A DNA stretch of 64,000 nucleotides from NCBI GenBank assembly GCA_023247725.1, contig JAHFFW010000009.1:14424-78423 (forward strand), given 5' to 3'. This document shows, piece by piece, positions 45,903 to 54,936 of the stretch; the stretch's first letter is position 1; every line of letters begins with the position of its first letter. Source of the stretch: Candidatus Omnitrophota bacterium. GTDB lineage: Bacteria; Omnitrophota; Gorgyraeia; Zapsychrales; JAHFFX01. The notes under the pieces are model-generated. The model had not been told where the DNA came from, did no database searches, and saw nothing but the letters and a program-made list of their open reading frames with translations. Both the position numbers and the translations under genes were made by a program.

Positions 45903-46911
45903 GGGTAAACCGAATCTCGATCACCAGACTAAACCAGGCGTGTTCCCTCCATTGCGATTGAAATTTTTTTAACTTGATTGCGTCTTTCTGTGTTGTGACA
46001 AAGATGCCGTCGTGTTTTTGTCCATCTTCGCTGAGCGTCCCAATGTCCTCGGCAGAATACCGGTGATGATCCGGAAAAATTCGAAAATTTTCCAGCTGAA
46101 TATTGAATTGCTTCAAGATCCGCTCAAATGATTTGGGATCGCCGATCCCACAAAAGGCCGTGATCCTTTTTCCCTTCAGGAATGACAAAGAAAGCCGTTT
46201 TTCCGTCTTTAAGTCAATCAGCTCGACCGGCGCATGGATGGATTCCGCAATGGGAGCTTGCGGATTTAAGCGAGACAATTTTTCCCGAAGGATCGGAAGA
46301 TGGCTTTGCCCCCCATCGGTCTTGGTCAAAACAAAAATGTCCGCTCGTTCTAACGCCTCAATCCTTTCCCGCAAGATTCCGCGAGGAATCAAATGACCAT
46401 TGCCAAAGGGATTCGTCGAATCAACGACGACAATGTCCAGATCGCGAAAAAGCCGCCAGTGCTGAAATCCATCGTCGAGTAAAAGCACATCCGGCGAATA
46501 ATCCCGGATCGCCTGCGCCGCGCTGCGAATCCGGTTGCGGCCAACCATAACCGGGATGCTGCCTAAGGCCGCTTCCAATTGGCCGGCTTCGTCACTTTTG
46601 GATTCCGGGCGGCCATGTCCCATATATCCCCGGGTCAGAATGACGGGCCGAGATTTTTCTTGCGCCAAATACCGGGCGATCCATTCGACCAAGGGTGTCT
46701 TGCCCGTACCGCCCCAGGTGATGTTGCCAACGCTGATGACAGGACAGGAGAAACGATGCGTCTTCAAAATATGCCAGTCGTAACCCCGTCTGGCCAAGGA
46801 TACTCCCAGCCCATAGGCTCCCGACAGAATGCAGGCCATCGGTTCTAAAAAAATCCGGCCGTTGGGACCTTGATCGGTCGCCAGCGCATACAAATCTTCT
46901 TTCAACGTCAT
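45853..46911 (-). CDS. lpxK: Tetraacyldisaccharide 4'-kinase
   Basis: P-loop ISVGNITWGGTGKTP. LpxK length. Confidence 0.8.
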   Translation of the reverse strand: MTLKEDLYALATDQGPNGRIFLEPMACILSGAYGLGVSLARRGYDWHILKTHRFSCPVISVGNITWGGTGKTPLVEWIARYLAQEKSRPVILTRGYMGHGRPESKSDEAGQLEAALGSIPVMVGRNRIRSAAQAIRDYSPDVLLLDDGFQHWRLFRDLDIVVVDSTNPFGNGHLIPRGILRERIEALERADIFVLTKTDGGQSHLPILREKLSRLNPQAPIAESIHAPVELIDLKTEKRLSLSFLKGKRITAFCGIGDPKSFERILKQFNIQLENFRIFPDHHRYSAEDIGTLSEDGQKHDGIFVTTQKDAIKLKKFQSQWREHAWFSLVIEIRFTHGKDDLLKRITHLLVR

Positions 46912-48167
46912 GCCAAAAACCTCGATAAGACATCGACCGTCTTTTGGGTTGCTCCTTGAGAATTTTTGACCACGGCCCGGGCTCGGTCTCCTAAGGCCGC
47001 CGCCGCCGCAGGGTCGGAAAGCAACTGGCGCAAAGACACAAGCAATTCATTCTCATCCTTCACCTGAATGACGGCCTGGTTCCTTAAAAATGTTTCAAGG
47101 ATCTCGCGGAAATTTTCCATCATTGGTCCGACGAGGATTGGCTTGCCAAAAAAGGCTGGTTCGATGATATTATGCCCGCCGCCAACCCTAAAACTTTTGC
47201 CGACAAAAACCACCTGCGCCAGACTATACAACCAGTGCAGATTCCCAATTGTATCGACGACAAGGACACGGTTGGCTGCCAAAGATCCATTCTTGGTTTC
47301 CGAAAATTTTACGGGCTGCAGATTTTCTTTGGACACAAGCTCGCAGACCTGTGCCGACCTCTGCGGATGGCGCGGGGCCAAAACCAATTGCAACGAAGGA
47401 AACTGGGGATGAAGTGCTTTAAACATTTCTAAAAGAATTTCCTCCTCGCCGGGATGAGTGCTGCCGGCGACCAACAATGAACTTCCGTGATTAAACCTTA
47501 AATCCTCAGGGAACTTTGCAGCTTGCAGAAGAACATCAAATTTCAAATTTCCGACGACGCAAACCTTTTCCGGATCGGCACCCAGCTTGATGAACCGCTC
47601 TTTGTCCGTTTCGCTCTGAGCGCAGATTTGGTTGATTGGCCGCACGACCGGACGCAAAAAAAATCGAACCCAGTGATACCTTCGGTAGGCCTTGGGAGAT
47701 ATTCGTCCATTAATGAGGACAACCGGAATCTTTCGGCGAAAAAGCGCCAAAAGCAAATTTGGCCAAATCTCGGTTTCTGCCAGGACATAAAGCACCGGCT
47801 GAATCTGGCGGATATATTTACGAACAACCCAGCTCAAATCAAAAGGCGCATAAATGATGTGGCATTGATGGCCAAATTTTTCCGTAGCGAGCGTATACCC
47901 CATCGATGTGACTGTAGAGATAATATATTGATAGCTGGAATAACTCTTTTTTAGTTCCTCCAGGAGTGTTCCCACCGCCATCACTTCGCCGACGCTGACC
48001 GCATGCAGCCAAATATTTTTTGAGCTCCGCAATGCTTCGGTCAGCTCTGGGGAAAAATTCCCCCAGCGCTGCCAAAGCCCCGCATGCCATTTGCCCTTGA
48101 GCAAGAGATAAGGCAGGTAGATTAAGGTATAAAGAAAGAAAATGAAATCGAAAAGAAATCGCATCAT
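46908..48167 (-). CDS. waaA: 3-deoxy-D-manno-octulosonic acid (Kdo) transferase
   Basis: WaaA/KdtA N-terminal domain (IWLHAVSVGE) and a GT-B C-terminal domain. ATGA overlap with lpxK. Confidence 0.8.
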   Translation of the reverse strand: MMRFLFDFIFFLYTLIYLPYLLLKGKWHAGLWQRWGNFSPELTEALRSSKNIWLHAVSVGEVMAVGTLLEELKKSYSSYQYIISTVTSMGYTLATEKFGHQCHIIYAPFDLSWVVRKYIRQIQPVLYVLAETEIWPNLLLALFRRKIPVVLINGRISPKAYRRYHWVRFFLRPVVRPINQICAQSETDKERFIKLGADPEKVCVVGNLKFDVLLQAAKFPEDLRFNHGSSLLVAGSTHPGEEEILLEMFKALHPQFPSLQLVLAPRHPQRSAQVCELVSKENLQPVKFSETKNGSLAANRVLVVDTIGNLHWLYSLAQVVFVGKSFRVGGGHNIIEPAFFGKPILVGPMMENFREILETFLRNQAVIQVKDENELLVSLRQLLSDPAAAAALGDRARAVVKNSQGATQKTVDVLSRFLA

Positions 48168-48171
48168 TGTT

Positions 48172-48243
48172 CCGGTGCCCCAGCGACCCGGGATCCCGGT
48201 GACCCAGTCGATTCTCTGGGACGCTGGATCTCTGGGGCACCGG
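48172..48243. repeat. Palindromic element with 12-bp perfect arms (ccggtgccccag / ctggggcaccgg) and internal GTGACC-type motifs
   Basis: It lies between the xerC/D stop and the waaA start. It contains cccgggatcccggtgaccc. Confidence 0.35.
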
Positions 48244-48266
48244 GCTCCCCATGAATTTACTTGGTA

Positions 48267-49127
48267 CTATGCCCGCGGATGCGCCTTGTCGTAAACGCTT
48301 TTCAGCCGCTCGGTAGTTACGTGAGTATAAATCTGAGTCGTGGATAAATTCACATGGCCTAAAAGTTCCTGGACACAACGCAGATCCGCCCCCCGATTGA
48401 GCAGATGCGTGGCAAAGGAATGGCGCAGGACGTGCGGCGAAACATGATTGGCCAGGCTGGCGGCTTGCAGGTATTTCTGAGTGATATTGAGGATACTGCG
48501 GGTGGTGAGCCTCCCTCCCTGCTTATTTAAAAAAAGAGCGGTCGTGGACGACTGGCGCTGTTCGAGATATTCTTGAATGGCTTGCAGGGCCTGGTTGCCG
48601 ATGGGAAGCAACCGTTCTTTTTTTCCCTTGCCTCTCACTTTAACGATATTGCCAATCGCATCGAGGTCTTCCACATTCAAACCCACAAGCTCGCTCACCC
48701 GCATACCCGTCGAATACAACGTTTCAAAGATGGCCCGGTCCCTTTTTCCGGAGAGCTTGTCGGCAGGCGGACTTTCGATGAGTTGAACCATCTCGCCTTC
48801 GCTCAAAAATTTAGGAAGCTTCTTGTCCAACTTCGGGGTTTGCAACAATAACGCTGGATTTTCTTTCATATGATTTTCCCGCATCAAAAATTTGAAAAAA
48901 CTGCGCAGGCTGGACAATTTCCGGGCGAGGCTCCGGGGCTTTAATTCCTTTGTCCGCAAGTGCGCCAGGTATTTTCTTAATGCCAGGTAATCAATATGGT
49001 CAAGGGCTGGATCTTGATGAAAGGCAAAAAACTCCTCAAGATCAAGCCGATAATTGAGCAAGGTATGCTCCGAATAATTTTTTTCGATTTCGAGATAGGA
49101 AATGAATTTATCGACGTAGCGGTTCAT
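48267..49127 (-). CDS. Tyrosine recombinase XerC/XerD family
   Basis: Catalytic R..H.R.Y region: HVLRHSFATHLL...LLGHVNLSTTQIYTHV. N-terminal core-binding domain. Confidence 0.8.
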   Translation of the reverse strand: MNRYVDKFISYLEIEKNYSEHTLLNYRLDLEEFFAFHQDPALDHIDYLALRKYLAHLRTKELKPRSLARKLSSLRSFFKFLMRENHMKENPALLLQTPKLDKKLPKFLSEGEMVQLIESPPADKLSGKRDRAIFETLYSTGMRVSELVGLNVEDLDAIGNIVKVRGKGKKERLLPIGNQALQAIQEYLEQRQSSTTALFLNKQGGRLTTRSILNITQKYLQAASLANHVSPHVLRHSFATHLLNRGADLRCVQELLGHVNLSTTQIYTHVTTERLKSVYDKAHPRA

Positions 49128-49130
49128 TGT

Positions 49131-49193
49131 CCGTGACTCGTGACCGGTGGCCTGTGACTCGACGGGTCACGAGTCACGGATCACGGGTCACAA
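49131..49193. repeat. GTGAC/GTCAC heptad-repeat palindromic element (15-bp perfect arms) abutting the xerC/D start codon
   Basis: ccgtgactcgtgacc-ggtggcctgtgactcgac-gggtcacgagtcacgg-atcacgggtcacaa. There are 4 x GTGACNN heptads, then 4 x GTCACNN. It ends 3 nt before the xer ATG. Confidence 0.5.
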
Positions 49194-49195
49194 TT

Positions 49196-51172
49196 TCAAT
49201 TTTCTTCCAAGCCCCCACCCGGCTCTGGCAGTTTGTTTTCGATATGAGTGCACTGCGGATAATTGCTGCAGCCAAAAAAGATCGAGCCTCGCTTGGATCG
49301 GCGTTCCGCCAATTCTCCCGTGCAGCCAGGTTCCGGACACTTGACCCCCGTCAAGAAGGCTTGTGCGAACTTGCATTCGGGGAAACCCGAACAACTCATA
49401 AATTTGCCTTTGCGGCCCCATTTGATCGTCATCGGCCGGCCACACTGCGGGCATTGACGGTCAATGAATTGCTGGGTTTTGACGATGTTGGCCATGGCAT
49501 AATCCAATTCTTCTTTAAACGGCTGGTAAAATTCGCCCAGAAGTTTGTTATAGGCAAGTTTCCCCTCTTCAATGAGATCAAGACTTTCTTCCATCGTCGC
49601 GGTAAACCCAATATCCATGATTTTAGGGAAATACTCGACGAGCAAGTCACAGATGAGCATTCCCAACTCGGTCGCCATGAAATAACCGCGATCCCGCAAA
49701 ACATAATTGCGGGCTGCGAGCGTCTGGATGATGGCCGCATAAGTGCTCGGACGGCCAATCCCATCTTCCTCGAGAGCCTTGACCAGGCTCGCTTCCGAAT
49801 AACGAGGCGGCGGTTTGGTGAAGTGTTGACTGGGCCTCAGTTCGAGAAGTTTCAGCCCATCGCCTTTTTGAAAATGGGTTAAATCGAGTTTCTCTTCTTC
49901 CTGGCGGGATTCGGCGTCCAAAATTAAAAAGCCATCAAACAAAAGCGTAGAACCGGAGGCGCCAAACAGGAATCGGCCGGCAGAGATTTCAATTTTTTTG
50001 TATTGATAAACCGCCGGTACCATTTGGCAACAGATAAATCGTTTCCAGATGAGTTCATACAATTTGTACTGATCCGCATCTAAATATGCCTTAAGATCGG
50101 CGGGTGTTCGGCCCACATCCGATGGGCGAATCGCTTCGTGCGCTTCCTGAGCGGATTTTTTTGATTTAAAACGATTCGGGGTTTCGGGCAAATATTGTTG
50201 ACCATAATTATGGGGGATCCATTGCCGGGCGCCTTCAATGGCTTCTTTAGAAATATTCACCGAATCCGTACGCATGTAAGTGATCAAACCCACCGGCTCT
50301 CCATTGCCGATTTCGATCCCTTCGTAAAGTTGCTGGGCGATCATCATGGTTTTCTGGGCATTAAAACCCAGTTTGTTGAAAGCTTCCTGCTGCAGGGTGC
50401 TGGTAATAAAGGGAGGCAGAGGATTGCGTTTGACTTCCCTTTGGGTGATCTGCGAAACCACAAACTCTTGCTGTTTGATTTCGCTCGTCAGCTTTTGCGC
50501 TTCTTGGCCCGTGGTCAATTCAAATTTTTGTCCGTCGACTTTCTCGAGCAAGGCCACCAGCAAATCCTCAAATCCCGCTTTCTTTAATCTGGCTTCGATT
50601 TGCCAATACTCCTGAGGAACAAAACTTTTGATGGCCCTTTCTCGCTCCACAATCAAACGCAATGCAACCGATTGAACGCGTCCAGCGCTTAAGCGGGATC
50701 CCACCTTCTTCCACAATAAAGGGCTAATCTGGTAACCGACAATCCGGTCCAATACTCGTCGGGCAATCTGGGCGTCGATCTTTTTTTGATCGAAATCCCT
50801 GGGCTTGGCAAAGGCCCGCAGGACCGCATCGCGAGTGATCTCATGGAAGGTCACTCGATAAAATTTTTTTCCATTGCCAAGCTGATTCACAATATTCCAG
50901 CCGATCGCCTCGCCTTCGCGGTCGGGATCAGTGGCGATATAAATTTCCTTTTTATTTTTGGCTTCCTTCTTAAGCGAGGAAAGGACTTTTTGCTTGGCCC
51001 GCACGACGACAAATTTTGGCTCAAAATTGCGTTCCAGATCCACCCCCAAGGTCGATTTTGGCAAATCAATCAAATGCCCCATGGAGGGAAGGACTTTGTA
51101 TTTATGACCCAAGATCTTATTAATCGTCTTGACCTTGGCCGGGGATTCAACAATAACCAGCGATTGCGCCAT
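49196..51172 (-). CDS. topA: DNA topoisomerase I
   Basis: Toprim N-terminus (LVIVESPAKVKTI), active-site Tyr region, C-terminal Zn-ribbon repeats (CPQCGRPM.., CSGFPECK.., CPEPGC..). Confidence 0.85.
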   Translation of the reverse strand: MAQSLVIVESPAKVKTINKILGHKYKVLPSMGHLIDLPKSTLGVDLERNFEPKFVVVRAKQKVLSSLKKEAKNKKEIYIATDPDREGEAIGWNIVNQLGNGKKFYRVTFHEITRDAVLRAFAKPRDFDQKKIDAQIARRVLDRIVGYQISPLLWKKVGSRLSAGRVQSVALRLIVERERAIKSFVPQEYWQIEARLKKAGFEDLLVALLEKVDGQKFELTTGQEAQKLTSEIKQQEFVVSQITQREVKRNPLPPFITSTLQQEAFNKLGFNAQKTMMIAQQLYEGIEIGNGEPVGLITYMRTDSVNISKEAIEGARQWIPHNYGQQYLPETPNRFKSKKSAQEAHEAIRPSDVGRTPADLKAYLDADQYKLYELIWKRFICCQMVPAVYQYKKIEISAGRFLFGASGSTLLFDGFLILDAESRQEEEKLDLTHFQKGDGLKLLELRPSQHFTKPPPRYSEASLVKALEEDGIGRPSTYAAIIQTLAARNYVLRDRGYFMATELGMLICDLLVEYFPKIMDIGFTATMEESLDLIEEGKLAYNKLLGEFYQPFKEELDYAMANIVKTQQFIDRQCPQCGRPMTIKWGRKGKFMSCSGFPECKFAQAFLTGVKCPEPGCTGELAERRSKRGSIFFGCSNYPQCTHIENKLPEPGGGLEEN

Positions 51173-51204
51173 GAGTCGATTCCTTCATTTAGTGGATTGA
51201 TGAT

Positions 51205-52329
51205 TCAATTCCAATGACTGGATTTAACGTAAAACTTCCCTGGCAACTGCTTAATCAGCTGTTTCAATTCGAGGGAAAGGATGGTGGTCGACAATCGGGT
51301 TCGATCCAAGGGGCTCAGCTGCGCGATTCCGTCGATATGAAGCGGTGTTGAACTCAACACTCCCAAGACGGCTTCTTCTTCGGGCAAAAGCCCAGGTTCA
51401 GGTTTCCGACCAGACGGGGCCAAATGTTTTTTGACCCGAGGAACAACCTTGGAAATTTTCGCCAGCGGCAATTCTTCCAAAATATCCTCCACGCAGGTCA
51501 CAAGCTTGGCACCTTGTTGGATGAGCCGGTGCACACCTTTGGTCGTCGGACTTTCCACTGGTCCGGGAAGCGCGAAGACCTCTCGACCTTGCTCCAGCGC
51601 AAAATCCGCCGTGATGAGCGCTCCACTTTTTTCCGAAGCTTCAATGACGAGGACACCCAAGGAAAGGCCGCTGATGATCCGATTTCTCCTCGGGAAATTC
51701 TGCGACAATGGCGGTGTATTCATGGGGAATTCCGAGATGACGCCTCCATTTTGAGAAATCTTTTCCGACAGATCTTTATTTTCAGACGGATAAATTTGGC
51801 CCAGCCCCGATCCCAGCACGCCCAGGGTCGCGGCCCGGGACAGGAGCGCGCCTTCGTGAGCACACGTATCAATTCCACGGGCCAAACCAGAAACGATGGT
51901 AAAACCCTTTTCTCCCAATTCTCTGGCAAAGTTGGTGGCCATGGTCATGCCGTAGCACGAAGCCCGACGGGAACCAACGATGGCCAAAGAACGTAGAAAT
52001 TCCGGAAAAATTCCTTTCACCATCAAAACAATGGGTGCGTCGGGAATTTCTTTAAGGATGTCAGGATATTCAGGGTCCTCATCCGTGATGAGGCTCACAT
52101 GATTTCTTTCGATCAGGCGCCTTTCGGATTCCAAAAATTGTGTCTGGGGAAAATGCATGATGCGGTTAGCGATTTTGGCAGTGACACTTCCAGTCGCCGA
52201 CAAATCCTCGGGGCTTCGCAAAGAAAGGATGGCTCTAGCCGAGCCAAAATATTCTCTCAACCCACGGATTTTAGCATTACCAAGGCCAGGAATTCCATTC
52301 AGGATCAAAAGGGCATCATCTTCATTCAT
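51205..52329 (-). CDS. dprA: DNA processing protein DprA (Smf)
   Basis: Rossmann-like DprA core: IVGSRRASCYG, SGLARGIDTCAHEGAL. Confidence 0.8.
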   Translation of the reverse strand: MNEDDALLILNGIPGLGNAKIRGLREYFGSARAILSLRSPEDLSATGSVTAKIANRIMHFPQTQFLESERRLIERNHVSLITDEDPEYPDILKEIPDAPIVLMVKGIFPEFLRSLAIVGSRRASCYGMTMATNFARELGEKGFTIVSGLARGIDTCAHEGALLSRAATLGVLGSGLGQIYPSENKDLSEKISQNGGVISEFPMNTPPLSQNFPRRNRIISGLSLGVLVIEASEKSGALITADFALEQGREVFALPGPVESPTTKGVHRLIQQGAKLVTCVEDILEELPLAKISKVVPRVKKHLAPSGRKPEPGLLPEEEAVLGVLSSTPLHIDGIAQLSPLDRTRLSTTILSLELKQLIKQLPGKFYVKSSHWN

Positions 52330-52831
52330 TTGGCAAGATTTTTAAAACCTCCGTAACGGTGTCTTGGACCGTCAACTGATCCGTATCAATAATAAAATCG
52401 GCCTTCTCATAAAATCTTTTTCTAGACTTGACCAATTCCTCAATCTTGTCTAAAGGGAATTGGACCTTGAGCAAAGGCCGATGGCTCTGGTTCTTGATCC
52501 TTTGGTAGGCCACCTCCGGTGATGTCTTTAAATAAACAAGGATTCCGTTTTTTCTAAGATTCGCAATATTTTTGGGATTGATGACAACTCCGCCGCCGCA
52601 ATCAACCACCCAACCCTGCAATTGGCTAACCTCCCGGACCACCTGTTCTTCCAATTGGCGAAAATAAGGCTCTCCCGACTCCTGAAAGATGGCCGCAATC
52701 GTTCGGCCTTCTTTTTTTTCCACCATTTCGTCGGTCGAGATTCGCTCGCAGTGTAAATGATTTGCTAAGCTATTGGATACCATTGTCTTGCCAGCTCCCA
52801 TAATTCCGACGAGAACAACGCTTTTTTGCAT
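52322..52831 (-). CDS. aroK: Shikimate kinase
   Basis: P-loop GIMGAGKT. 169 aa. Confidence 0.8.
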   Translation of the reverse strand: MQKSVVLVGIMGAGKTMVSNSLANHLHCERISTDEMVEKKEGRTIAAIFQESGEPYFRQLEEQVVREVSQLQGWVVDCGGGVVINPKNIANLRKNGILVYLKTSPEVAYQRIKNQSHRPLLKVQFPLDKIEELVKSRKRFYEKADFIIDTDQLTVQDTVTEVLKILPNE

Positions 52832-53018
52832 GCGCAGATTTTAACATATTCCCGCAGGCGTGTCAAAAAAAAGGCAGATATTCTAAATGGGAGAAGGCCA
52901 GAGACTTAAAAACGAAAAAGAAAAAACTAGAACACCGGAGGCAGATTCAAGTGATAAAAACCGTGGGATACAGCCAGGTATAATATTAGAGAAGGCTCCC
53001 TCTCATAATCCTTTCCAT

Positions 53019-54053
53019 TTAAAAGAATCCATAGCCGCGAAGGATAAAATCAATAATCTGGTTACCCCAAAACAGACTCACCAAGGCCCCCAAAGCCAAA
53101 AATGGTCCGTAGGCGATGACACTTTCTTTCGTGCGGATTTTTACCACGATACCCGCCAGTGCCCCAAATAACGGCGCGATAAAAAAGGCTAAGATCGTCA
53201 ATTTCCATCCCAAAAATGCCCCCACCATCGCCAGCATTTTTACATCCCCGCCACCCATCGATTCCTTCCGAAAGATGAGATCACCCACCATCCCCATCGC
53301 GTAGATGCTACTGCCACCCGCCAAAAATCCAATTAAGGAAGCTTCCAACGAAAGTGTATGCGGCAGGATGTTCTCCCAGCCCGGTTTCTCCAGCAGCGGC
53401 CATAACGAATGAATAAGAAAGACCAATCCGCAAGCAATGAGAATCATGGTATAAAACATGCCGTCGGATTCTGCAGTATCCGGCTCGATCGAAGTCGTTT
53501 CCTGATCTTTTTGAAGAAAATGCCCCACCAACAATAACACAAAACAAAAAGCAACCAGAATCACCATGAACCAACGCCCTGCCAAGAGAGTCATATCGGA
53601 TGTGTCGTGCATCTGGGGAACCAAAAGGCTCAAAGCCAGGCCGGCCACAAGCCCTCCTACGGAAATCTCATCGGGAATGATTCGGTGTTCCAGATCTACA
53701 AAGGTGGCCACGATGAATCCACTCAGCAAAAAAAGATACGGAACAAGAATCAGCTGGAGCCCAAAGTGTTCATAAAACAATACAAATGCCAAGGCCGTCA
53801 GCAGTTCCACCAGAAAATAACGAAAAGAAATTTTTTTGCGGCAAAAACGGCAATGCGCCCTCAAAACTAAAAAACTGATCAAAGGGATATTATCATACCA
53901 GGGAATGGGGGTCGCACAATGAATACAGCGAGAGGCCGGCGCGACGATGGATTGCATTTTTGGCAGACGGACAATACACACATTGAGAAAGCTGCCGACA
54001 ATCGCTCCTAAAATAAAAAATGCGAACAGAAAAAATCCGTCCAGATTCGTCAT
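53019..54053 (-). CDS. pilD: Prepilin peptidase / N-methyltransferase (A24 family)
   Basis: N-terminal Cys cluster (CIHCATPIPWYDNIPLISF..HCRFC) and a DiS_P_DiS/peptidase A24 membrane core. Confidence 0.75.
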   Translation of the reverse strand: MTNLDGFFLFAFFILGAIVGSFLNVCIVRLPKMQSIVAPASRCIHCATPIPWYDNIPLISFLVLRAHCRFCRKKISFRYFLVELLTALAFVLFYEHFGLQLILVPYLFLLSGFIVATFVDLEHRIIPDEISVGGLVAGLALSLLVPQMHDTSDMTLLAGRWFMVILVAFCFVLLLVGHFLQKDQETTSIEPDTAESDGMFYTMILIACGLVFLIHSLWPLLEKPGWENILPHTLSLEASLIGFLAGGSSIYAMGMVGDLIFRKESMGGGDVKMLAMVGAFLGWKLTILAFFIAPLFGALAGIVVKIRTKESVIAYGPFLALGALVSLFWGNQIIDFILRGYGFF

Positions 54054-54931
54054 CGGCCTTTCTTAGCTAAGGTCAGAGTTTCTCTCATTTTAGATTTGAT
54101 TTTAGCGTCCAATTCGAGACCGGCCCAATGTTGAAAGGAAAGAACCCCTTGGTAATAAAGCAGTCCGAGTCCATCGGCTACCTTGGCGCCTTTGGCCTGA
54201 GCCATTTTGAGCAATTTGGTCGGCGAAGGCGAATAGACCACATCATAAACAAGCATGTTTTGGTGAAGGAGTTCCTCGTCGATTAAAAGGGGATCATCGG
54301 GTTTCATCCCTAGCGGAGTCGTATTGATGAGAAGATCGGCGAGTTCTAGATGAAGGTCATCCACCGTTTCCACGGATTGGACAAAATCCAACTCGAATCG
54401 CTGGCCCAGATCGCGGAGGAGTTCATCGGTTTTTTCCTGATGGCGATTATAAATATGAATGGAATAAGGACGCTCTGGGATTAGGCAAAGGGCGCTAAGA
54501 ATTGCGCGCGTCGTTCCCCCGGCCCCTATCATGGAAATCCTTTTATTTTTGGTATTGAATCCCAATTCCGCCAGATGCGTTAAAAACCCCGGGCCGTCGG
54601 TATTGATGCCGGTCAAGGCCTTTTGGGGGGAGATGACCACGGTGTTGACGGCCATGGCTTTTTGGGCGAATGGATTCAAAGAATCCATGAAGGGAACAAC
54701 TGTTTCTTTATAGGGAATCGTGACGTTCAAACCGAAAATGTCCGAATCTTTCTGCCGCAGCTCAGAAAAAAAATCCGCCAGGTTCTCCGGCGGCACAGAA
54801 AAAAGTTTGTAGACGGCATCCACTCCCAATTCCCGAAAAGCCGTGTTATGCATCTGGGGAGACAAACTGTGCGTCACCGGATAACCGATGATTCCATAAA
54901 CCGATGTGTGTCCATGCACGGGATTGCTCAA
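54050..54931 (-). CDS. aroE: Shikimate dehydrogenase
   Basis: YGIIGYPVTHSLSP, GAGGTTRA NADP-binding motif. Confidence 0.8.
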   Translation of the reverse strand: MSNPVHGHTSVYGIIGYPVTHSLSPQMHNTAFRELGVDAVYKLFSVPPENLADFFSELRQKDSDIFGLNVTIPYKETVVPFMDSLNPFAQKAMAVNTVVISPQKALTGINTDGPGFLTHLAELGFNTKNKRISMIGAGGTTRAILSALCLIPERPYSIHIYNRHQEKTDELLRDLGQRFELDFVQSVETVDDLHLELADLLINTTPLGMKPDDPLLIDEELLHQNMLVYDVVYSPSPTKLLKMAQAKGAKVADGLGLLYYQGVLSFQHWAGLELDAKIKSKMRETLTLAKKGR

Positions 54932-54936
54932 TGGGA

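Noticed and set aside
49131-49193. Possibility that the GTGAC heptad array is a CRISPR array or a dif site
   Set aside because: The repeats are 7 bp with no spacers, so this is not CRISPR. The sequence bears no resemblance to the 28-bp XerCD dif consensus.
49127-49882. 251-aa plus-strand ORF and other ORFs antisense to topA (49263-49457, 50195-50615, 50786-51217)
   Set aside because: They lie entirely within the topA coding region on the opposite strand and have no independent support.
52887-53171. 94-aa plus-strand ORF in the aroK-pilD spacer
   Set aside because: It overlaps the 3' end of pilD on the opposite strand and has no SD and a low-complexity composition.
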